From an uncultured Actinomycetes bacterium (GTDB lineage Bacteria > Actinomycetota > Thermoleophilia > Solirubrobacterales > Solirubrobacteraceae): a stretch of 64,000 nucleotides of DNA. The notes below the pieces were generated by a model that saw only the letters and a program-made list of their open reading frames with translations, was not told the DNA's origin and ran no database searches. Numbering within the stretch: the stretch's first letter is position 1; each line of letters opens with the position of its first letter. This document shows, in pieces, positions 57,215-64,000 of this stretch. The position numbers were made by a program, and so were the translations under genes. The stretch covers positions 169,527-233,526 of the forward strand of contig CAVYAX010000014.1 of the NCBI GenBank assembly GCA_963766525.1, given 5' to 3'.

Positions 57215-58192
57215 CTACCGGCGCTTGCGCTTGCGCTTCTTCGACGACGGGTGCGGGCGGCGCTCGGGCAGCTCCGGCGCAGGCGTCTTCGGCGGCTCGG
57301 CGGGCGCGTGGCGCTTGCCGCGGCGCGGTGCTTGGTCGGCGTCCTCGTCGTCGTCGGGCGTGCGAGGTCCCATGCGCGCCTCGCGCAGCTCCTGCTGGGA
57401 CGGCCATGGCTGCGCGTCGCCGGTGACCCATGCGGGCGGCAGGCCGGCCGGCCACTTGCCGAGGAACAGCGCGCCGATCGCCACGAGCCAGAACGCTTGC
57501 ACGATCGGCAGCGACGCGCCCAGCGGGATGATGAACAGCGCCCCGACGATGATGCCCAGCACGCCCATGAAGCGCGTGAGCAGGCCGACGCGCATGCCGT
57601 TGAGAGCGAGCAGCACGAACGCGAGCGCCAGCGCGAAGACGCCGATGACCTGGAGCAGCCCGGCCGCGAGCAGCGCCGGCGGCTGGAGCGCGTCGCGCGC
57701 CTCGGCGGCGGTCTGCGTGGCGGAGTCCGCGAACGCCGAGGCGGACAGAGCGCCGCCGATCGCCTGCACGAGGCTCGACACGGCGAGCATGACCGAGCCT
57801 GTCACCGCGGCGACGACGATCGCGCGCGGCAGGTCGGGCCGGCGGGCTTTGACCGAGCGGTAGAGATGCGTGAGCGTGAGGCCGATCGCTGCCGCCGCGA
57901 GCGCCAGCACGACGCCGAGCAAGATGATCTGGACGGCGTTCTCGTCGGCCCACAGCACCTGGCGTGCCTTCAGCCCCGGCTCGGGCGGGTTGGGCGTGAG
58001 GTGCTCGCGGAGCGAGTCGATGACCGGCACGGTCGGCCGGTCGCTGAAGATCGCCGCGGTCAGCGCGCCGCCGGCGAGCGTCAGGATCCCGGCGGCGATC
58101 CCCGCGACACCGGCCTGGACGCGCCTGCGCTGCTCGTCGGCAAGCGTCGCGTCAGGGGTGGGCGCCATCGTCTCTTCCCCGGTGGTCGCCAC
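57215..58192 (-). CDS. Membrane protein with about 6 TM helices and a strongly basic C-terminal tail. Hypothetical.
   Basis: ORF with hydrophobic helices and a KKRKRKRR end. No family was recognised. Confidence 0.5.
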   Translation of the reverse strand: MATTGEETMAPTPDATLADEQRRRVQAGVAGIAAGILTLAGGALTAAIFSDRPTVPVIDSLREHLTPNPPEPGLKARQVLWADENAVQIILLGVVLALAAAAIGLTLTHLYRSVKARRPDLPRAIVVAAVTGSVMLAVSSLVQAIGGALSASAFADSATQTAAEARDALQPPALLAAGLLQVIGVFALALAFVLLALNGMRVGLLTRFMGVLGIIVGALFIIPLGASLPIVQAFWLVAIGALFLGKWPAGLPPAWVTGDAQPWPSQQELREARMGPRTPDDDEDADQAPRRGKRHAPAEPPKTPAPELPERRPHPSSKKRKRKRR

Positions 58193-58200
58193 GGCCGCAA

Positions 58201-58665
58201 GTGTATGTTGCGGTCGTGGAGATTCGAGACGTGATGACCGAGAGCGTTGTCACCGCGCGGCCGTCGGCCACGGTCCGTCAGGTTGCCGAGCTCATGCGCG
58301 AGCGCAACGTCGGCTCGGTCGTGCTGCTGGACTTGGAGGGGTCGCTCGTGGGCTTCGTCACCGATCGCGATCTGGCGCTGGGCGCGCTGACCGACGGCCG
58401 CGACCCCGGCGACCCGGTCGCCGCGCACAGCTCGTCGCCCGTCGTGACGGCCGAGCCGGGCATGGACGTCGAGGAGGCGGCCGAGCTCATGGTCCGCCAC
58501 GGCATCCGCCGCCTGCCGATCCTCGACGACGGCCGGCTCACCGGGATCATCACGCTGGACGACATCGCCGTGCGCACGGGCGATCTCGAGCTCGCCCACC
58601 ACATGACGGCGCAGATCACCCGGGCCGCGCTGCCGGGCTTCTACTTCCACGACCGCGGCGGGTGA
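58201..58665 (+). CDS. CBS-pair domain protein.
   Basis: ...VMTESVVTARPSATVRQVAELMRERNVGSVVLLD...GFVTDRDL... repeated twice matches the CBS pattern. Confidence 0.7.
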   Translation: MYVAVVEIRDVMTESVVTARPSATVRQVAELMRERNVGSVVLLDLEGSLVGFVTDRDLALGALTDGRDPGDPVAAHSSSPVVTAEPGMDVEEAAELMVRHGIRRLPILDDGRLTGIITLDDIAVRTGDLELAHHMTAQITRAALPGFYFHDRGG

Positions 58666-58828
58666 GCGACCGGCCGCTCGACCGGGCCTTGCCGCGCCCT
58701 GCGGCCCGAGCCGATGAGCGACAGGCCGCTCCTCTCGACCGAGCCTTGCCGCGCCCTGCGGCCCGAGCCGATGAGCGGCAGGCCGCTCCTCTCGACCGGG
58801 CCTTGCCGCGCCCTGCGAGCCTGCGCCG
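58663..58828 (+). repeat. Three tandem degenerate copies (52, 57 and 58 bp) of the first ~57 nt of the downstream methyltransferase CDS. Each of the last two begins with ATGAGCG.
   Basis: Direct reading: the units start at 58663, 58714 and 58771, and the real gene start ATGAGCGCCAGGCCG is at 58829. Confidence 0.75.
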
Positions 58829-59776
58829 ATGAGCGCCAGGCCGATCGCCGTGCCCGCGTGCCCGGCCTGCGGCGGGCCGCTCGAGCGGTGGCGCACCGTG
58901 CCGGGATCCGATCCGGCGCTGCCGGGCGACTACGCGCTCGACCGCTGCCGGGCGTGCGGCACAGCCGTGACGCTCGCGCCCGTCCCCGACGAAGCGCACG
59001 AGTCGGGCGCCTACGGCGGGGGCGCACCACGGCTGTCGCGCCTCGTCCGGCCGGTCCTGCGCCTGTTCGATCGCCGCCGCCTCGCGCTGCTCGAGCGCGC
59101 GGGCGCGACGACGCCGGGGCGCCTGCTCGACGTCGGCGCCGGTCGCGGGCGCTTCGTCGCCCACGCGCGCTCCGTCGGCTGGTACGCGCACGGGATCGAG
59201 CCGTCGCAGCGCGGCGTCGACGGCGCCGCGGCGCTCGGCATCGAGCTCGTGCATGCCGAGATCCGCACCGCCGATGTCCCGCCCGCGTCGCTCGACGCGG
59301 TGACGCTGTGGCACGTGCTCGAGCACCTCGACGACCCGGTGCTCGCGCTCGAGTCGATCGCCGGGTGGCTGCGCCGCGGCGGGCTGCTGCTGGTGGGCGT
59401 GCCGAACCTCGCGAGCGTCCAGGCGCGGGTCGGCGGGGCGCGCTGGTATCACCTCGACGTCCCGCGCCATCGGACGCACTTCACCGCGCGGGGGCTCGCA
59501 GCGCTGCTGCGCGCGCACGGCTTCGAGCCGGTGGCGACGCAGCACGTGCTCCTCGAGCACAACCCGTTCGGGCTGTGGGTGTCGTTCGTGAGCCACTTCA
59601 CGCGCGTGCCGTCGTGGCTCTACCACGCGCTCAAGCACAACGCCCCGCTGCGCAGCCGCGACGCGCTCATCACTGCGCTGGCGCTGCCGCTCGTGCCGAT
59701 CGCGGTCCTGCTGGAGCTCGCGTTCGGGCTGGCGCGGCGCGGCGGGACGGTCGCCGTCGTCGCGCGCCGGGTCTAA
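58829..59776 (+). CDS. Class I SAM-dependent methyltransferase with an N-terminal zinc-ribbon (CPACGG...CRACG).
   Basis: Motif I LLDVGAGRGRF, a post-I acidic residue, and the overall Methyltransf_11/13-like layout. Confidence 0.75.
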   Translation: MSARPIAVPACPACGGPLERWRTVPGSDPALPGDYALDRCRACGTAVTLAPVPDEAHESGAYGGGAPRLSRLVRPVLRLFDRRRLALLERAGATTPGRLLDVGAGRGRFVAHARSVGWYAHGIEPSQRGVDGAAALGIELVHAEIRTADVPPASLDAVTLWHVLEHLDDPVLALESIAGWLRRGGLLLVGVPNLASVQARVGGARWYHLDVPRHRTHFTARGLAALLRAHGFEPVATQHVLLEHNPFGLWVSFVSHFTRVPSWLYHALKHNAPLRSRDALITALALPLVPIAVLLELAFGLARRGGTVAVVARRV

Positions 59777-60774
59777 GCCGCTTCCTCCGCCCGCTCGTCG
59801 ACCCAGCGATCGAGCGTCAGCCAGCGGGCGAACAGCCAGTCGATGCGCTCGTCCTCGCCGGCCGGGATCTCGTCGGGTCGCACGACCCACATCCGCAGCT
59901 CGACGGTCCGCGGCTCGAGCAGCAGGCGCCAGAGGTTGCTCGCGCCCGCCGGGATCCCCGAGTGCCCGACGAAGATCACGTCCGCTTCCGGCGCGCCGTC
60001 CACCGCCGCGAGCGCGCCTCCGGGCCGCGGCGCGGCGACGTGCTCCATCTCGCGCGCCCAGGCCGCCTCCTCGTGATGGCCCGCTTTCGCGAGGCGCTCG
60101 ATGCCGCGCGCGCGCCGCTCTGCGGAGAAGTTGCCGCCCTCGGGGAAGATCAGCACGGCGTCGTCGCCGCCGAGGCCGCGCGACATGGCCTCGATCTCGC
60201 CCTCGATGTCGCCGCCGCGCGGGTCCACGAAGCGGTAGTGCAGCCGCCGGCCGAGGACGTCGATGAGCGGATCCAGCGCCAGGCCCTCGTGCAGCACGAC
60301 CCGCGGCCGGCGCTCGTAGCGGCACAGCAGCGCGTGCAGGACGAGCATCGAGTCGCCCTCGCCGGAGTGCCGGCTCAGCACGATCGCCGGCCGCCTGCGA
60401 TCGGAGAGCGCCTCCTCCGCCTCGGCCGAGTCGGTGACGCGTATCCGCACGCGCGCGAGCCGGGTGATCGAGCGGTTGATCCGGCTCACGAACGTGGCCA
60501 TCACCTCGTGGTAGGCGTGCTCCGCGCGTGCGTCTCGCCGCAGGCCGCCCCCGAGCCACACGGTGAGGCACGCGAGCATCCCGGCGAGGTGCGCGGCGGC
60601 CCACGAGGCGAGGATCGCCACGACGCGCAGCGGTCGCCAGGCGCCGCCGGTCAGCGGCGAGGCGACGGCGGCGGCGAGCGCGAGCAGCGGCGACGCGACG
60701 ATGATCGCGAGGTCCACGAGCGCGACGAGCGGCGCGATGACCACGCGCCGGACGAGGGTCGGCGGGACGAGCAT
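59773..60774 (-). CDS. Membrane-associated lysophospholipid (1-acyl-sn-glycerol-3-phosphate) acyltransferase-like protein (PlsC family).
   Basis: N-terminal TM helices, the HX4D motif (RHSGEGD) and an FPEGG motif. It is translationally coupled (TGATG) to the upstream patatin gene. Confidence 0.7.
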   Translation of the reverse strand: MLVPPTLVRRVVIAPLVALVDLAIIVASPLLALAAAVASPLTGGAWRPLRVVAILASWAAAHLAGMLACLTVWLGGGLRRDARAEHAYHEVMATFVSRINRSITRLARVRIRVTDSAEAEEALSDRRRPAIVLSRHSGEGDSMLVLHALLCRYERRPRVVLHEGLALDPLIDVLGRRLHYRFVDPRGGDIEGEIEAMSRGLGGDDAVLIFPEGGNFSAERRARGIERLAKAGHHEEAAWAREMEHVAAPRPGGALAAVDGAPEADVIFVGHSGIPAGASNLWRLLLEPRTVELRMWVVRPDEIPAGEDERIDWLFARWLTLDRWVDERAEEAA

Positions 60775-61644
60775 CAGGCGGCGCTTCCGAGGTCGTGCTC
60801 GTCGAGATAGCGCGTGGTGGCCGCGTGCGCGTGAGCGATGCGGCCGCCCGCCTTCGAGGTGTCGCGGTAGCGCAGCTGCGAGAGGTCGGTGTAGCGCGGC
60901 GGGTCCTTCGCGCCGGTCGGCAGCACGTGGACCTCGACGTCGTCGGGCAGGTCGGCGAGGTCGCCGAGGAAGCGGTGGCGGCGCGCGACCTCGAACGCGA
61001 CGAGCGCGACCTCCCACGGCCAGCGCGGCGGCTCGAGCGGCCGGTCGAGCCGGCCGACGTGCAGCACGAAGATCTGCCGCGCGCCGAGCGTCACCGCGCG
61101 GCTCACGGGGATGCTGTTGACGATGCCGCCATCGATGTAGTGCTCGCCGCCGATCTCGACGGGCGGCAGGATGCCGGGCACGGCGGCCGAGGCGAGGACG
61201 GCGTCGACGAGCGGCCCGTCGGCGAACCAGTGCTCGCTGGCGCGCTCGATGCTCGCGGCGACGCACTGGAAGGGAACCGCGAGGTCCTCGATCCGTCCGT
61301 CCCCGAGGACGCGCGGCGAGCCGGGCGCGCAGCGTCTCGTTGCCGTGCAGGTGGGTGCGCGTGCGCGCCAGCGTCGCGGCGCGCCGCAGGACGGACCCGC
61401 CGAAGGCGCCTTGGCGGCCGATGTCCGCCCACAGGCGGGCGAGGCGCTGCACCCCGTCGGCGGTCGGGTCGGCGGCGACCGCGGCGCCGTTGATAGCGCC
61501 GACGGATGTCCCGAGCACGAGGTCCGGGACGATCCCGCGCTCGAGCAGCGCGCGCAGCATCCCGACCTCGTGCGCGCCGAGCGGCCCGCCGCCACCGCCG
61601 AGGACGAAGGCCACGCCACCATCCGCAGGCCGCGCCGGGGTCAT
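60774..61644 (-). CDS. Patatin-like phospholipase, with an apparent frameshift near 61320.
   Basis: The N-terminal oxyanion hole GGGGGPLG and the GTSVG (GxSxG) motif read in one frame. The Asp-Gly-Gly region (YIDGGIVNSIP) and the C-terminus read in another. Confidence 0.65.
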
Positions 61645-61758
61645 CACCCCCTCGTACCCGGGCCGGCGTCCCCGCACCTCGCAGCGAGGGGTGTCTCGTT
61701 CTGGTCGCGTATAGCGCGACGATAACGAGACACCCCCCGCGGGCGAAGCGGCTCCGGC

Positions 61759-62568
61759 TTACACCAAGACGCTGCGCGCGGCGGCGAGCGTGTCCCCGTC
61801 GGTGCTGCGGCGCGCGTCCGGGAGGAGCTTCGCCGCGGCGTCGGCGGCCGCGACGACGTGGGGCGGCGAGGCCGGACCCGTCACGACGGCGACCGGCACG
61901 CCGATCGCGCGCAGCTCGCCGCGCGAAGGCGACCAGCTGAGCTGGCCGGCGTAGTCCGCGAAGAAGCCCTTGCGCGACCCGCGGGCGCGCTCGCGGCGAC
62001 CCGCGTCCGCGCCCATGGCGGCGCCCGCGCCCGCGCCCATGGCGGCGCCCGTGCCCGCGCCCATGGCGGCCGCGTCGGCGTCGTCGCGCGCGTCGAGCCA
62101 CGCCGCGATCGCCTCCTCCGGCCCCCCGTCGCGCAGCGCCTGCTCGAGCAGCGAGCGCTCGGCCGCGAGCGCCTCGGTCGCCGCCGGCACGAACGCGAAC
62201 AGCGGCAGGTCCGCCAGCACGGCGGCGCTCGCGAGCTGCGGCCGGCGCACGAGCAGCTCGAGCACGACGAGCGCGCCGAAGCCCTCGCCGACCAGCACGG
62301 CCGGCTCGGCGCCGAGCGCGCGCAGCAGCGCGGCGGCGTCCTCGGACTGCTCCTGGACCGTCGTCGCGGCGTAGGGCTCGGGCGCGCCGCTCGCGCCGTA
62401 GCCACGGCGGTCGTAGGCGATCGCGCGCGCGCCGCAGGCCGCGAGCTCGTCGAGCAGGGGCGCTCCCGCCGCGGCATCGGACGCCATCCCGTGGACGAGG
62501 AGCAGCGGGCGCCCGACGCCGCGCTCGTCGTAGTGCAGCGCGACCCCCGCGCCCTCGACCTCAGGCAT
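61759..62568 (-). CDS. Alpha/beta-hydrolase fold protein.
   Basis: LLLVHGMASD...AYDRRGYGAS...GEGFGALV (a nucleophile-elbow-like motif). It contains a 21-bp x3 tandem repeat encoding AAMGAG(T/A)G. Confidence 0.7.
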   Translation of the reverse strand: MPEVEGAGVALHYDERGVGRPLLLVHGMASDAAAGAPLLDELAACGARAIAYDRRGYGASGAPEPYAATTVQEQSEDAAALLRALGAEPAVLVGEGFGALVVLELLVRRPQLASAAVLADLPLFAFVPAATEALAAERSLLEQALRDGGPEEAIAAWLDARDDADAAAMGAGTGAAMGAGAGAAMGADAGRRERARGSRKGFFADYAGQLSWSPSRGELRAIGVPVAVVTGPASPPHVVAAADAAAKLLPDARRSTDGDTLAAARSVLV

Positions 62569-62595
62569 GGCAGCGAGGCTCCGCCACGCGCGCGG

Positions 62596-63424
62596 CTACG
62601 GCGCGCGCAGGATGACCGTGCGCGCCGCCGTGTACGTCGCGCCGGTCAGCGGGTCGACGGTCAGGCGGAAGGTGATCGCGAGCCGGCCGTTGCGACGCAG
62701 CGCCCGACGCGCGACCGCGTTGAGCGGGACGGCGAAGGAGACGCGGCCCGGGCCGACCGACGCGCGCAGATGGCGGCCGACCTGGACCGGCAACGTGCTG
62801 CGGCCGCCGCTGAGCGCGCCGCGCCGCGCGAAGGCGCGCGCGAGCAGCCGCGAGCCCGCGCGGCTGACGCTGACCGAGCCGCGCAGCGTGAGGCTGCGCT
62901 GGGGGTTCGTGACGCGCAGGAGGGACGCGGCCGCGCCGGTGGCCGGCGGCGGAGGTGGCGGCGGCGGGGACACCGGAGGCGGAGGCGAGACGGGGCGGAG
63001 GCGGCGGCGGAGGCACGGGGCCACCCGGCACCGTGATCGCGCCGTTCATCCCCTCGCCGTGGAGGGCGCAGTAGAACGTGTAGGTGCCCGGAGCGGTGAA
63101 CGTGCACCGCCCGATCCATGCCGAGTTGCTCGGCTGGTTGGGCAGCGGCGGCACCGGCCCGCTGGACGGGCCCGCCGTCTGCTCGCAGCTCGTCGGCGCG
63201 GTCTTGAAGACGACGTTGTGCGGGTGGCTGCCGTCCTGCTGAAAGTAGACCAGGCCGCCGGAGTCGACCGTCAAGGCCGGGGTGCCGCCGTTGAACGTCT
63301 TGAACGCGTCGTCGGTGGCCACGATGCCGATCGTGGTCTGGCTCTGCGCCGGCCCGCCGATCAAGAGCACCCCGCCTACAACGGCGGCGCCGACCAGCGC
63401 GAGATAGCCCCGACGCATCCTCAC
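62596..63424 (-). CDS. Secreted cupredoxin (a type-1 blue copper protein of the plastocyanin/azurin kind) with a poly-Pro linker and the shared CTD. It has an apparent frameshift inside the poly-Pro run near 63010.
   Basis: A signal peptide and the T1 Cu ligands H..(GSHPHNV)..C-x2-H-x4-M (YCALHGEGMNG). The CTD (..RRALRRNGRLAITFRLTVDPLTGATYTAARTVILRAP) lies in another frame after the PPPPPPPP run. Confidence 0.6.
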
Positions 63425-63506
63425 CGCGGAGCATCATCCGCCCCGGGCCCGCCGAAAGCAAGCTCCGCGAAAGCTCGGATCGACGGTTGGCTACGATGGG
63501 CGGACG

Positions 63507-63773
63507 ATGGAAGGCTTCGGAGGACTGTTCGGCGACCCGGAAGAGCTTCAGCGCCGCATGGCCGAGTTCGCCGAGCAGATGCAGGCGCAGCAGGGCCTCG
63601 TCTGGGCCGACAACGCGATCAAGCTCGCCGTCGAGATGACGGTCGCCGCGATCAACCGCGTGAACATCCAGGGCACGATCGAGCAGCAGGCCGAGCAGAT
63701 CCGCGCGGTCATGGCGACGGTCTTCCCCGACGCGGTCGCGCTCGTGCGCGAAGCGCGCCAGGGCCTTCAGTAG
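63507..63773 (+). CDS. Small helical hypothetical protein (88 aa).
   Basis: ORF with good codon bias. No family was recognised. Confidence 0.35.
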   Translation: MEGFGGLFGDPEELQRRMAEFAEQMQAQQGLVWADNAIKLAVEMTVAAINRVNIQGTIEQQAEQIRAVMATVFPDAVALVREARQGLQ

Positions 63774-64000
63774 CGCCCCGGCCCCGGCCCCGGCTCCGGT
63801 TGCGCGGACTCGCCCGTCCCGGGCCTCGACCGCTCGGCCGCCTTCTCGCGCTCGCGCTCGTCGCGACCCATCCGCATCGCCTCCTTGAACGAGCGGATCC
63901 GGAAGATCGACACGAGCGCGCCGAAGCCGACGGCAAGCGTCGACACCGCGATCACGATCTGCTGGCCGACCGAGTACGCCGCGACCGTCGCGCCCGACGC
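63767..64000 (-). CDS. Partial 3' end of a membrane-protein gene that continues beyond the window.
   Basis: The frame stays open to the window edge and the C-terminus is ...VIAVSTLAVGFGALVSIFRIRSFKEAMRMGRDERE.... It overlaps the convergent small ORF by 7 nt. Confidence 0.3.
   Translation of the reverse strand, partial: ASGATVAAYSVGQQIVIAVSTLAVGFGALVSIFRIRSFKEAMRMGRDEREREKAAERSRPGTGESAQPEPGPGPGRY

Overview
This is a very GC-rich window (about 70% by eye), probably from a Thermoleophilia/Actinobacteria-type genome such as Conexibacter or Solirubrobacter; that guess rests only on composition and protein families. I could run no BLAST, HMM or RNA searches, so every family name comes from reading the translated ORFs against motifs I remember. 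No tRNA, rRNA, CRISPR array, transposase or integrase was seen. The high GC fills the opposite strands with long spurious ORFs.

The main object is a complete-looking phage-tail-like contractile injection system (an eCIS of the Afp/PVC or Streptomyces CIS kind) at about 2.1-13.5 kb. Its genes, in order, are:
- a DUF4255 tail terminator
- an embedded receiver-like gene
- the sheath
- tube 1
- two overlapping tiny ORFs
- a low-complexity tape-measure-like protein
- tube 2
- a LysM tube-initiator
- a VgrG/gpD spike
- gp25
- baseplate J
- a P2 gpI-like protein

These genes are chained by ATGA/GTGA/TGATG stop-start overlaps. No PAAR, tail fibre or AAA+ ATPase lies in the window. Around it sit:
- a toxin C-terminal fragment with an immunity-like ORF, upstream
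- an OmpA-like protein with no signal peptide
- a convergent LuxR/NarL regulator
- two tandem paralogs that each carry two PG_binding_1 domains

A second theme is a family of at least seven secreted proteins that end in the same roughly 100-aa Arg-rich C-terminal domain behind a poly-Pro linker. The heads differ: DUF11 repeats, RTX repeats, two LVIVD/PA beta-propellers, TSP3 repeats, a delta-60-like propeller and a cupredoxin. This looks like an undescribed surface-anchoring or sorting signal.

Housekeeping content:
- a detached nuoJKLMN block
- a Baeyer-Villiger monooxygenase and an SDR
- an ArsR-SRPBCC fusion
- an SPFH protein
- a quinol NO reductase
- a class II aldolase
- a long ThyX-like protein
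- a STAS protein
- acetyl-CoA synthetase and a second AMP-ligase
- a patatin/PlsC pair
- a PMT/GT83-like membrane protein

About eleven apparent single-base frameshifts hit conserved genes but none hits the eCIS genes. Several tandem repeats occur, one of which triplicates the 5' start of a methyltransferase gene. A perfect 21-bp hairpin with an A5/T5 core sits inside a CDS.
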